This document shows, piece after piece, positions 36,228 to 45,161 of a stretch of DNA of 64,000 nucleotides. Positions within the stretch are counted from its first letter, which is position 1. Every line of letters starts with the position of its first letter. This DNA comes from Dehalococcoidia bacterium. Lineage in GTDB: Bacteria; Chloroflexota; Dehalococcoidia; SHYD01. The position numbers and the translations under genes are program-made. The notes under the pieces are model-generated. The model did no database searches. It was not told where the DNA came from and saw only the letters and a list, made by a program, of their open reading frames with translations. The stretch covers positions 666,580 to 730,579 of the forward strand of contig OZ244809.1 of assembly GCA_965220215.1 (NCBI GenBank), read 5' to 3'.

Positions 36228-37564
36228 TGGGCCCTAATCTCCTGCGCGGAGAGTTGCTGGTGCATCTCTACAGCCCTGGCATGGGCGGTCAGACCCTCCG
36301 CGCGAGCAATGGTGGCCGCCGCGGGAGCCAGAGCCGACGAGTCCGCGGCGTCCAGCCCAACCACGCTGGTCACCTTCACAAAGTCATCCGCGTGCAGGGG
36401 CGAACTGAAGCGCGCCGTCGCTCCGGTGGGCATGACGTGACTTGGCCCCGCCACGTAGTCGCCTAGGGCAGCGGAGGTGGCCGAGCCCACAAAGAGCGCG
36501 CCCGCGTGGCGTACGCGGTCGGTCAGCGACCAGGGGTCGCGAGTAAGTATAGAGAGGTGTTCCGGCGCTAGGATGTTAGAGAGGTCTGCGCCCTGGCTCA
36601 GGGTCTCGACAAGGATAAACAGCCCGTTGTTGTTCAACGCGCCGCGGATGACGTCGGAGCGTTCGAGCTCGGCAAGCTGGCGCTCAACCTCCTGCTCCAC
36701 GGTGTTGAGCAACCGTTCTGAGTCGGTGATGAAGATAGCAGAGGCTAGCTCGTCGTGCTCTGCCTGGGCCAGCAGGTCAGCGGCGCAGAGACGGGGATCG
36801 GCGGAGTCATCGGCCAACACAGCCCCTTCGGTGGGACCGTGGAGGCCGTCTATGCCCACAGTGCCGTAGACCGCACGCTTCGCCAACACCACAAAGAGGT
36901 TGCCCGGCCCGCAGATCTTGTCCACCCGGGGGATGCTCTCCGTGCCGTAGGCCAGCGCGCCAATGGCCTGGGCGCCGCCCACTTTGAATACTCTATCCAC
37001 GCCAGCAATCTTTGCCGCGGCCAGCACCAGAGAGCTGGCGTTGCCCTCACGGTCCGGCGGCGTCACCGCTATTATCTCGGGCACGGATGCCACCTTGGCG
37101 GGGACCGCAGTCATGAGCACGGTGGAGGGATAGGCGGCGCGACCACCCGGCACATAGATGCCGACGCGGTCTAAGGGCCGCACAAGCTGACCCCAGCCGG
37201 CGGGCTTGTCGATCCAGGTCTTGGGCAAATGCGCCTCGTGGAAGCGGCGAATGCGCTCGGCGGCCAGCTCCAGCGCAGCTAACACATCGGGCGGCGCGGC
37301 CTGATACGCCTGCGTGATCTCCTTATACGAGACTTCGAACTCAGGGAGAGTGACGCCATCAATGCGGGCAGTATACTCACGCAACGCAGCATCGCCGCGG
37401 GTCCGCACGTACGCCAGAATCTCCGCTACGGCTTCCTGGGGCGTAATCGGCCGCCCAAACAGTTCATTTAGCCGCGCGAGCACTGCTGCTGAGGGGGCAA
37501 GCTCTTGGAGTTGCCGCTTCTCTAGGAATTCGCGAGATGCTTTGTAGCCACGAATAAACTTCAC
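36224..37564 (-). CDS. hisD: Histidinol dehydrogenase
   Basis: 446 aa in the HisD family. It overlaps hisC by 4 nt. Confidence 0.9.
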   Translation of the reverse strand: MKFIRGYKASREFLEKRQLQELAPSAAVLARLNELFGRPITPQEAVAEILAYVRTRGDAALREYTARIDGVTLPEFEVSYKEITQAYQAAPPDVLAALELAAERIRRFHEAHLPKTWIDKPAGWGQLVRPLDRVGIYVPGGRAAYPSTVLMTAVPAKVASVPEIIAVTPPDREGNASSLVLAAAKIAGVDRVFKVGGAQAIGALAYGTESIPRVDKICGPGNLFVVLAKRAVYGTVGIDGLHGPTEGAVLADDSADPRLCAADLLAQAEHDELASAIFITDSERLLNTVEQEVERQLAELERSDVIRGALNNNGLFILVETLSQGADLSNILAPEHLSILTRDPWSLTDRVRHAGALFVGSATSAALGDYVAGPSHVMPTGATARFSSPLHADDFVKVTSVVGLDAADSSALAPAAATIARAEGLTAHARAVEMHQQLSAQEIRAQ

Positions 37565-37659
37565 ACTAACCTCTGTTCACATTGAGCACATGATTGCTGT
37601 GCTTCACGTTTCCTTGAGAGAGCTTACGGAAGGGGCTGGCCTTAGTGCGCGCCGTTTGG

Positions 37660-38673
37660 TCACACCCCGTTAGTGGACGCCAGCACCCGGCTTAGCTGCT
37701 CAAAGGACTCGGCCTGCTGCTCAAACACATAGTTGGGCGGAAACACGGTCACGCTGGCGGCCCCAATGCTCCTGAGGTGTTGCACCGCCTGCAACAACTC
37801 GGGCTTACGCACTACCACCGTCACGGCGTACCAATCCTGCTCCTCGCCGTACCGGCTATACACCTTGGAGACCGTGGGCCCACGCATGCCCGCGGCCGCG
37901 GGATGGCTGATGACGCCCTGGGCCACCGACTCCGGAGTGTCGCCCCGGATGTTGGCCGTGATGCTGAAATAGTCCCTGGCCCGCAGGTTGGCCTCGATCA
38001 TCTCAAGCATGCGCTTGGTGGTCTCCAGCGCCACGCTGTTCTGACGCAATGCCTCTAAGTTGCCAATGAGGCAAGACTGTGACGTGAGAATGTTGCCATC
38101 GGTCAGGGTTTTGAGGCCGTTCTCTCGCAGCGTGGTGCCGCTGGAGGTGAGGTCGGCGATGACATCGGCAAAGCCCATGGTCGGCGCGACCTCGATGGCC
38201 CCCGTCGACGCCACCAGGTTGAAGTAGTTCAGCTCTTTACGCAGCAGAAACTCCCGCACCAACCGGGGGTACTTTGTGGCGACCCGCAGCTCCTGGCCCC
38301 GGTCCCGCAGCTCCTCAGAAACCTCCACCATGTCCGCCATGGAGGAGACGTCTATCCAGGTCTCCGGCACCGCAAGTACTAGATAGCATCCCCCATACTC
38401 CAGGTCTTCCATCAGTACATGGGTATCGCTGCCTTCGTGCAGGTGCTCCCTCACAATGTCCAGTCCGGTGATACCCAGGTCTACGCTGCCTTCCTCCACC
38501 TTGGCGGGGATGTCCGCCGCGCGCTGGAAGAGGACGGTGGTGTTGGGCAGCGCCGGGATGGCGGCCATGTACTGGCGCTCGTTGGGGCGGTTGACGCTCA
38601 GCCCGCACGCCCGCAGGAACGCAAGCGTGGGCTCTTCTAGTTCGCCCTTGCTGGGCAACGCTACACGTAACAT
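37660..38673 (-). CDS. hisG: ATP phosphoribosyltransferase, long form with C-terminal regulatory domain
   Basis: MLRVALPSKGELEEPTLAFLRACGL...DLGITGLD; the C-terminal ~90 aa resemble the HisG regulatory domain. Confidence 0.9.
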   Translation of the reverse strand: MLRVALPSKGELEEPTLAFLRACGLSVNRPNERQYMAAIPALPNTTVLFQRAADIPAKVEEGSVDLGITGLDIVREHLHEGSDTHVLMEDLEYGGCYLVLAVPETWIDVSSMADMVEVSEELRDRGQELRVATKYPRLVREFLLRKELNYFNLVASTGAIEVAPTMGFADVIADLTSSGTTLRENGLKTLTDGNILTSQSCLIGNLEALRQNSVALETTKRMLEMIEANLRARDYFSITANIRGDTPESVAQGVISHPAAAGMRGPTVSKVYSRYGEEQDWYAVTVVVRKPELLQAVQHLRSIGAASVTVFPPNYVFEQQAESFEQLSRVLASTNGV

Positions 38674-38680
38674 AGCTTGC

Positions 38681-40117
38681 TCACGCCACCGATAGCTCTT
38701 GCAGGCGCCCCGCGCCTACAACGACTACACGCCCGATGCCCGCCTGCTGGCAGTAACTCAACCGCTCTGCCTCTGATCGAAGCTCCACTTCCAACACTGC
38801 GGCCACGCCTTGTGCCCGCAGTTGCTCCGCTTGTCGTACGGCCTCGGCAAAGTCGCTGTCCCGCTCTGCCGCTACCAGGACGCCGGCGGGTTCGCCGGAC
38901 GCTGCGGCGCCTCCGGGCGCGCTCGCCAGGAGGTCCTCCAGGGTGTAGGCAAAGCCCAGGGCTGGCACGCTGGCTGGCCCGCCTAGGGCCGGCACTAATT
39001 CGTCGTAGCGGCCGCCCCCGCCCACGGGGCGGGAAGCATCGCCTGCGTATAGCTCAAAGACAATGCCGGTGTAATAGCCCAGGGGCCGGATAAGCCCCAG
39101 GTCCAGCTCAATAGAGATGCCGTCCAGGTGGAAGGCGTCCAGGGTAGTAATGACCGCCTCCAATTCCTGCAGCAGCGGGAAGGCTACGCCGTAGCGCGAT
39201 GCAATAGCTGCGCCCGCCTGTAGCGCGTTGTTTGGCGACTCCCGTACCTGGCTCAACTCCTGCACCAGTCCTAGCGCCCGCTCGATGTCCTGAGGCTGGT
39301 CCGTAGCCTGATACTTAGCCCGGAAGCGGCTGATGATCTCCTCCGGCCCGCGCCGGCCGGTGGGACGGGTTGCGCCCGCCTGCACAAACCATTCCAACAA
39401 GCCCAGCGTATCCTCCATCGCCGCGCCGGCAGCGCTCCTTGCTTCCGCTTGCTCTTCAGGAAGCTCTGCCTCGTCGGGAGACGCGGTCTGAAGCGCGCGC
39501 AGCCCTTCACGTAACTGCTCCACTCCATCTTGGCTGCTGCGCACCAGCGCAAGGTGGTTCGCGAGATAAAGCTGGGAACGCTCCGAGAGCCCGATGCCTG
39601 CCAACAGGCTGGGCAACAGGCCCGCGTGGCCCAGCACCAGCCGCGGTGACGGCGCCCCAATGGCGCGCATCCCCTGGCAGGCCAGAGCCAGCAACTCCGC
39701 GTCGGCGCGGGGCGTGCCCCCACCGATGAGCTCGGCTCCTAGCTGGGTGAACTGGCGCAGCTGCCCTTGACGAGTATCGCCGTCCCGGAAGACAGGGCCG
39801 CAGTACTGCCAGCGTAGCGGTAGGGACAGCTCCTGAGCGTGGTTGATATAGCTGCGGATGATCGAGCCGGTGAACTCCGGACGCAGGCAAAGGCGCTCGC
39901 CCTCTTGGTCGGTGAAGGTGAACATGAGGCCCGCCACCTGGCTACCCAGCTTGCGGAGATAGAGGTCGACGCGCTCCAGCACCGGCACCTCGACCTCTTG
40001 ATAGCCGTAGGAGGCCAGCAAGGCCTGTAGCCGTTGCTGCGCCTGCTGCACCAGAGAGAGCCCTAGCCGGCGCCGGTCTTGTGTGCCTGGAAGCGGCGTT
40101 TGCGATCGATCCGTCAC
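38681..40117 (-). CDS. hisZ: Histidyl-tRNA synthetase-like protein (HisZ/HisS family) at the head of the his operon
   Basis: Class II aaRS HisRS-type motifs LRPEFTGSIIRSY, GPVFRDGDTRQGQLRQFTQLGAEL and GGGGRYDEL, with a GTG start. The 478-aa length and a C-terminal alpha/beta segment suggest an anticodon-binding-like domain may be retained. Confidence 0.7.
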   Translation of the reverse strand: MTDRSQTPLPGTQDRRRLGLSLVQQAQQRLQALLASYGYQEVEVPVLERVDLYLRKLGSQVAGLMFTFTDQEGERLCLRPEFTGSIIRSYINHAQELSLPLRWQYCGPVFRDGDTRQGQLRQFTQLGAELIGGGTPRADAELLALACQGMRAIGAPSPRLVLGHAGLLPSLLAGIGLSERSQLYLANHLALVRSSQDGVEQLREGLRALQTASPDEAELPEEQAEARSAAGAAMEDTLGLLEWFVQAGATRPTGRRGPEEIISRFRAKYQATDQPQDIERALGLVQELSQVRESPNNALQAGAAIASRYGVAFPLLQELEAVITTLDAFHLDGISIELDLGLIRPLGYYTGIVFELYAGDASRPVGGGGRYDELVPALGGPASVPALGFAYTLEDLLASAPGGAAASGEPAGVLVAAERDSDFAEAVRQAEQLRAQGVAAVLEVELRSEAERLSYCQQAGIGRVVVVGAGRLQELSVA

Positions 40118-40251
40118 GTTATCCTGTTCTTAGTTACTTAGTTTTATTGTACCCCAGGCAGGCATACCTAGCCACTCATAAGAGAACGTAGAAAGGCCGC
40201 TTCTTGTACATTGCCCGCCACAGCGCAGCTTTGGTATCCTTCCCAGTTGTA

Positions 40252-40326
40252 AGTGCTGTAGCACAGCCGGGAGAGCATTTGTCTGGCAGACAAGGGTCAG
40301 GGATTCGAGTCCCATCTGCTCCACCA
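40252..40326 (+). pseudogene. Degenerate tRNA-Ala-like remnant (duplicate of the tRNA at 41624-41699 including about 45 bp of upstream sequence)
   Basis: About 85% identical to the intact tRNA-Ala. It has acceptor and D-stem mismatches (AGUG versus GGGG at the 5' end, A:A in the D stem) and a 1-nt deletion. The shared upstream block GTACATTGCCCGCCAC[A/C]GCGC[A/G]GCTTTG.. occurs at 40206 and 41578. Confidence 0.6.
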
Positions 40327-40345
40327 AACCTCCGCTAGGGAAAAA

Positions 40346-41185
40346 ATGACAAACATCCATGGCACAGGACCCGTTTTCACTTCCCAACTCTTTCCGCAAC
40401 TCCTCGACAATCTGCTCGGTGTGCTGGAGTCGCTTAGGCCTGGGGAGTGGTATATGCCGACTCCGTGTCCTGGATGGTCAACTCACGACTTGGTTGCGCA
40501 TATTCTCGGGGGCGAGGTTGGACAGTTGTCTATGGAACGCGATGGGTTTAATGCTTCTTTGGTCACCGCGGACAACTGGGATGATTTCGTCAGGGGACTG
40601 AACGACTTAAACGAGCAATGGGTTACAGCTCTCAGGAGGGTGAGTCCTCAACTATTGATCGACCTTCTGAGATCAACAGGAGACCAGGTGAACGGGTACC
40701 TTGAGTCGCTTGACCCTTACACTGTCGGTCCTATAGTGAGCTGGGCAAGCCCTGATCCCGTTCCTATGTGGCTGCACATCGCTCGCGAATATACGGAGCG
40801 CTGGCACCACCAGCAACAGATCCGGGAAACGGTAGGCAGACCGCTGCTAACCGACCCAGGCTGGTTTGCCCCGGTCCTGGCGACCTTCGTGTACGGCCTG
40901 CCACGCGCTTACTCTGAGGTCGACGCCCCCACAGGCACAAGGATCAGGGTCACTATATCGGGCCCTTCGGGCGGGACCTGGACGGTATCCCGCTCCCAAG
41001 CTGAATGGGTGCTGCTTTACGGTGGGACTGGGAAAGCTGCCGCCGAAATCACGCTCGATGAGGCTGACGCTTGGAAGCTGTTCACCAAGAGCATCGCCAG
41101 AAACATCGTAGAGCCGCGGGTTATACTCGAAGGAGATCGAGAGCTTGGATTGAAGGCTCTGGACACAGTATCGATCATCGCATAG
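40346..41185 (+). CDS. DinB/YfiT-like (mycothiol-dependent maleylpyruvate isomerase N-terminal domain family) protein
   Basis: WSTHDLVAHILGGEV...His-rich DinB_2-type N-terminal pattern. GC is lower than the core genome. It sits between the two tRNA-Ala copies. Confidence 0.65.
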   Translation: MTNIHGTGPVFTSQLFPQLLDNLLGVLESLRPGEWYMPTPCPGWSTHDLVAHILGGEVGQLSMERDGFNASLVTADNWDDFVRGLNDLNEQWVTALRRVSPQLLIDLLRSTGDQVNGYLESLDPYTVGPIVSWASPDPVPMWLHIAREYTERWHHQQQIRETVGRPLLTDPGWFAPVLATFVYGLPRAYSEVDAPTGTRIRVTISGPSGGTWTVSRSQAEWVLLYGGTGKAAAEITLDEADAWKLFTKSIARNIVEPRVILEGDRELGLKALDTVSIIA

Positions 41186-41623
41186 GAGGGATAAGCATAT
41201 CCTTTATCACCGTCCTGCATGCCCTGGCAGATTCACAGAGAGAGTACCAACTCGAAAGTGGTACTGTGTACAGTCCACGATGGCCCACCACTTCCAAGCT
41301 GAAGCGGTAGATGTTTTCCTGGGCGGGACTGAGGGCCAAGGCTCCCGCCAAGTCCCAGTTCTCCCTCCTCTCACTGTTCGGGTGGTCTCTCGGCTGGGAA
41401 CAGGGCAATAGACGCCGGCTAAACCGCTGACACGTCTAGGGGTGGGTGCTGCAGTACCGCTGCTCAGACCGATATCTACGGTGGTCAAAGAGGCTAATTG
41501 CGCCGTAGCATCGCAATGCAGCAAGTTCCTAGGCTACACATTAGCTAGGTGCGGCGTCAGACTCATCCCATGAACACGTACATTGCCCGCCACCGCGCGG
41601 CTTTGCTATACTTATTGCTTATT

Positions 41624-41699
41624 GGGGCTGTAGCTCAGCTGGGAGAGCATTTGTCTGGCAGACAAAGGGTCAGGGGTTCGAGTCCCCTCAGCTCCACCA
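41624..41699 (+). tRNA. tRNA-Ala (anticodon GGC)
   Basis: Folded by hand: 7-bp acceptor stem with the G3:U70 Ala identity pair, anticodon loop CUGGCAG, T-loop UUCGAGU and an encoded CCA. Confidence 0.9.
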
Positions 41700-41702
41700 A
41701 AT

Positions 41703-41817
41703 TAGACTAAACCGAAAACCTAACACTACGGTTTGTTCTTTACCTGTAATGAGGCCCAAGTCCGTGCCTTTGCGTGCCTTTGATCGATGGCCCTCCGTGT
41801 TCCTTGCAGGCAGGCTC
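41703..41817. repeat. About 115-bp imperfect direct repeat, left copy (partner at 45046-45161)
   Basis: About 85% identity. The shared core is CACCTGTAATGAGGC[C/G]CAAGTCCGTGCCTTTGCGTGCCTTT. Confidence 0.7.
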
Positions 41818-42013
41818 TTGGGATGCACACCATCAACTGAACCGTCTCACTACACCTGCCAACAGGCTATGTGAAAGCAATCGTCTCTTCGGGCGTAGCT
41901 ATGGATTTCTATGCCCATCTCGAAACAGGCTTCGTCCGGGCCAAGCGCCTGAATGGACCTGGCACAGGGTGGACGAACTCTTGTGCGACGCAGCGGCAGC
42001 AAAGGAGCAGGTC

Positions 42014-42889
42014 ATGCGAGCAGTGATTGCAAAGCGTAAGCGGATGGTGCCCACGGTCGCATCCATAAGCGTGGTGAGCCTCGCGCTCATCGTGAGTGTC
42101 ATCTGGTTCCTTGGGACCCCGGGGCAGGCTCACGCGTGTAAGTGTGCGGAACCCGGTTCTCCTTCCGAAGAGCTGGGGAAGTTTGCAGCAGTCTTCGCAG
42201 GGAGAGTCGTCTCGATTGAACACTCCTATGACCCCAATGCAGCGTCTGTCTCCCCCGGGGACCGCACCACGGTTGGCTTTGAGGTCAGCGCCGTGTGGAA
42301 GGGGGCTGTTTATGAAAGCATGTATGTAACCACGCCACCAACTGGCGGGAGTTGCGGTTTTGCCTTCATCGAAGGAGGGGAGTACATCGTCTATGGTCAC
42401 GACAGCAACTATGATGACGGCGGCTATACCGTTGGCATATGCAGTCGCACGGCCCTCCTTGGACAAGCGCAAGCTGATCTCGACGCGCTAGGGGAGGGCA
42501 GTGCTCCTCAAGCCGGGACGGGCGGACCAGCGCCTGAACAACCACAGGACGGGGAGGGCAGTGCTCCTCAAACCGAGGTGGGCGGACCTGCACCTGAACA
42601 ACCACAGGACGGGGAGGGCAGTGCTCCTCAAGCCGAGGTGGGCGGACCAACGCTTGAACAACCACAGGACGGGGAGGGCAGTGCTCCTCAAGCCGAGGTG
42701 GGCGAACCAGCGCCTGAACAACCACAGGACGGGGAGGGCAGTGCTCCTCAAGCCGAGGTGGGCGGACCAGCGCCTGAACAACCACAGGATACGGTTGCAG
42801 GTAGGGCGTGGATAATCATTCTGGCAGTTGCTGCGGCGGTTGTTGTAGTGAGCGGGAGCGTAGTGTACGCACGTGTCAGGCGTCGGTAG
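42014..42889 (+). CDS. Secreted TIMP/NTR-like domain protein with five tandem 20-aa Pro/Glu/Gln-rich repeats and a C-terminal transmembrane anchor
   Basis: The signal peptide ends AHA, then the mature N-terminus CKCAEP matches the TIMP CxC start. Further TIMP-like blocks are AAVFAGRVV, VWKGAV, YVTTPPTGGSCGF and GEYIVYGH. The start at ATG 42014 has an AAGGAG Shine-Dalgarno sequence. Confidence 0.6.
   Translation: MRAVIAKRKRMVPTVASISVVSLALIVSVIWFLGTPGQAHACKCAEPGSPSEELGKFAAVFAGRVVSIEHSYDPNAASVSPGDRTTVGFEVSAVWKGAVYESMYVTTPPTGGSCGFAFIEGGEYIVYGHDSNYDDGGYTVGICSRTALLGQAQADLDALGEGSAPQAGTGGPAPEQPQDGEGSAPQTEVGGPAPEQPQDGEGSAPQAEVGGPTLEQPQDGEGSAPQAEVGEPAPEQPQDGEGSAPQAEVGGPAPEQPQDTVAGRAWIIILAVAAAVVVVSGSVVYARVRRR
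42491..42787 (+). repeat. Five near-perfect 60-bp tandem repeats (in-frame, encoding DGEGSAPQAEVGGPAPEQPQ)
   Basis: GGGGAGGGCAGTGCTCCTCAAGCCGAGGTGGGCGGACCAGCGCCTGAACAACCACAGGAC occurs five times with 1-3 substitutions each. Confidence 0.9.
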
Positions 42890-43216
42890 GTTCACAGAGC
42901 CCCCAGCCACATCTCGAACACGGTACCACCTACCCCACGTAAGCCACTAAACTGGACAAAATCAAGAACCTTCATTCTTTGGAATCAATAAACACGGAAA
43001 ACTCCGATACTCATGGGCGGTCGGTTTGGGTCCATTCAAGCCGGGTAGGATTTTTAGACAATAGCGTGCGCCCCAAAGAGGCTGGCGGAGGAGGGTCGCC
43101 GCGGGGACGCGTATGGTATGCGACGGACGGATCGAAATTCCGGTTTCGTCCTCCAATGGGCTGAGCCGAACCGCCCCGGCCGGATGGATCGCAATGTCCC
43201 CCGGCAGCCGTCCCCG

Positions 43217-43465
43217 TCAACTGAACCACTCCAGCTCGTAGCGCCCGGGCTCCCCGTCGATCTCCCCGTAGGTGGCAAGGTCAAACATTGGGAGTTCATT
43301 GGCATCAGGCATCCACACGAACGGTAAGGGCACGTCTCCGAAATCCCTGCGAGCGCACCCGTGCTCCTTGAGCCACGACTCAGAGACCCACGACGGCATC
43401 ACGTACTGGCCACCCTTGACACGCTGGACAACTGGCGTCGGCTGGTGGTGCGGTACGATTGGCAT
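43217..43465 (-). CDS. Hypothetical protein (possible gene remnant)
   Basis: 82-aa ORF in a 600-bp stretch with no clean long ORF. I recognise no family. Confidence 0.25.
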   Translation of the reverse strand: MPIVPHHQPTPVVQRVKGGQYVMPSWVSESWLKEHGCARRDFGDVPLPFVWMPDANELPMFDLATYGEIDGEPGRYELEWFS

Positions 43466-43586
43466 ACCGACGTCTACATCGCATTCCCGACTATCGCCTG
43501 CTTCATGACCACACTGTCAAAGATTTTGGGATAGGTTCATGACTCTCGTTTTCTAAGACCTAACGCTTTTAGCAGGCGCGCGCTTT

Positions 43587-44246
43587 TCAGCGTCGCCTGG
43601 CTAAACTTGCTAAGCCCTTTATGGTAGATGGCAATTCCCTAAACGTAGCGACCTTGGCAGTTGCCTTGGACAAATCGTGAGCTGCAGTGAACTCGTTCGC
43701 AACCACGATGCAGTCAATACCCGCCGCTATTGCCGACTTCAACCCTCTCGCCGAGTCTTCAATAACCACCGTTTCAGCGGCAGTAGCACCAAAGCGTTGG
43801 AGTCCTCTCAAATAGGGCTCGGGATGTGGTTTAGCTCGCTCGTAATCCTCCCGAGTTAAATAGAATTCCATATGATCCAGGATGGATCGCCTTTCGTGTA
43901 TTAAGGTGAAATCAGGTGGTTTGGAGGTAGTAATTATGCCCATCCTGTACTCACTTGCGAGTACGTCTAGCGTTTCCAAGACACCCTCGATTTCGATGTC
44001 TTCGGTGATCAGGTATTCCTGGTAGTACCGGTTTCTTAGTTCTCGGCCACGATTAATTTCAGATTCGGATATTCCTGAAACTCGTGCCGCCTCCCACGCG
44101 GAAACCCCATTGGCCATATTCACCAAATATGCGTCTCGTGGGAGATCAATTCCGAGAGATGCCAGCGCTCGTTTGTTTGCCAGGTAATACCAATGTTCTG
44201 TTTCGACTAAAACCCCATCATGGTCAAAGAGAATGTATTTTTTCAC
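43587..44246 (-). CDS. HAD-superfamily hydrolase (phosphatase/beta-phosphoglucomutase-like)
   Basis: MKKYILFDHDGVLVETE has the HAD motif I DxDG. Downstream motifs are IITTS and EDSARGLKSAIAAGIDCI. GC is markedly lower, about 45-50%. Confidence 0.75.
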   Translation of the reverse strand: MKKYILFDHDGVLVETEHWYYLANKRALASLGIDLPRDAYLVNMANGVSAWEAARVSGISESEINRGRELRNRYYQEYLITEDIEIEGVLETLDVLASEYRMGIITTSKPPDFTLIHERRSILDHMEFYLTREDYERAKPHPEPYLRGLQRFGATAAETVVIEDSARGLKSAIAAGIDCIVVANEFTAAHDLSKATAKVATFRELPSTIKGLASLARRR

Positions 44247-44351
44247 TTCTGTGCTCGATTCAATTTCGGCTTAACGATCAAGCTAACTTGACGAGCTCCT
44301 TGCGCTAAGCCGAAAGTCGCCTTGTTCACTGAATGAAGAAGCCATACCCCA

Positions 44352-44786
44352 TCACATCGGCTCAGCAACGAACACCGGTATCCTCCGCTCCGTCCGGCTC
44401 TGATACTCCTCGTAGGGCGGGAACGCTGCCACTGCCAGTTCCCACAACCGCGCTCTTTCCTCTGCATCCACAACTTCGCGGACCCGCATCGCGCACACCT
44501 CGGTCTCGTCCCGAATCTCTACGTTACCGTCCGCCCGGAGATTGTGCACCCATTCCGGGTTCTTCGGCGCACCGCCTCTAGATCCCACCAAGATGTACTT
44601 GTTCCCTTCCTTCACCCGCATCAGCGGCGTCTTTCGGATTGCCCCGGTCTGGTTTCCCTTATTCGTCACAATGATTACGGGCAGTCCGGTATCGCGCAGC
44701 GTCGTCCCTTCTTTGCCCTCACTCCCCTCGTAGAGCTCCACCTGCTCGCGAACCCAATCCATGGTCGACGGTATGTACTCTGACAT
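44352..44786 (-). CDS. Deazaflavin (F420)-dependent nitroreductase family protein (DDN/DUF385)
   Basis: PVIIVTNKGNQTGAIRKTPLMRVKEGNKYILVGSRGGAPKNPEWVHNLRADGNVEI is the DDN-family split-barrel signature. Confidence 0.7.
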   Translation of the reverse strand: MSEYIPSTMDWVREQVELYEGSEGKEGTTLRDTGLPVIIVTNKGNQTGAIRKTPLMRVKEGNKYILVGSRGGAPKNPEWVHNLRADGNVEIRDETEVCAMRVREVVDAEERARLWELAVAAFPPYEEYQSRTERRIPVFVAEPM

Positions 44787-45045
44787 GTTTCCGTTCTGCC
44801 TCCCAATTAACAGTTGCTTGCCACCTAATCATAGTGCGAGTCTCTGCTAACCACCAATACCACCACGGCTTCCCAACTGCACGCTTACCCTTGTTTCTCT
44901 GTCCATTGCCACTACAAGACGTGAATCCAAAAAGCGGAGTTGACAGCATGCCAATAGAGCCTCTCAATCATAAGCCATACCTTGACTTACCCCCGAAGAC
45001 TTGGGCAGAACAGCCGCGCCTGACATTGGCTCCCCAGACTAGCGC

Positions 45046-45161
45046 CTAGACTAAGTTAAGAACCTAAACGCTGCGGTTCGTTCTTCACCTGTAATGAGGC
45101 GCAAGTCCGTGCCTTTGCGTGCCTTTTATCGAAGGCCCTCTGTGCACCGTGCAAGCAGGCT
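45046..45161. repeat. About 115-bp imperfect direct repeat, right copy (partner at 41703-41817)
   Basis: See the left copy. The repeat-encoded pseudo-ORF starts MPLIDGPPC and MPFIEGPLC are artefacts of this repeat. Confidence 0.7.

Noticed and set aside
41774-42013. Apparent paralogous N-terminal peptides MPLIDGPPCSLQAGS (41774) and MPFIEGPLCTVQAGS (45119)
   Set aside because: Both are translations of the two copies of the ~115-bp direct DNA repeat. The real TIMP-like CDS most plausibly starts at ATG 42014 behind an AAGGAG Shine-Dalgarno sequence, and 45119-45349 has no support as a gene.
42491-42787. Regular 60-bp tandem repeats, considered as a possible CRISPR array
   Set aside because: The units are contiguous with no unique spacers, are in-frame within a coding sequence, and encode a repeated 20-aa peptide. 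There is no cas gene nearby.
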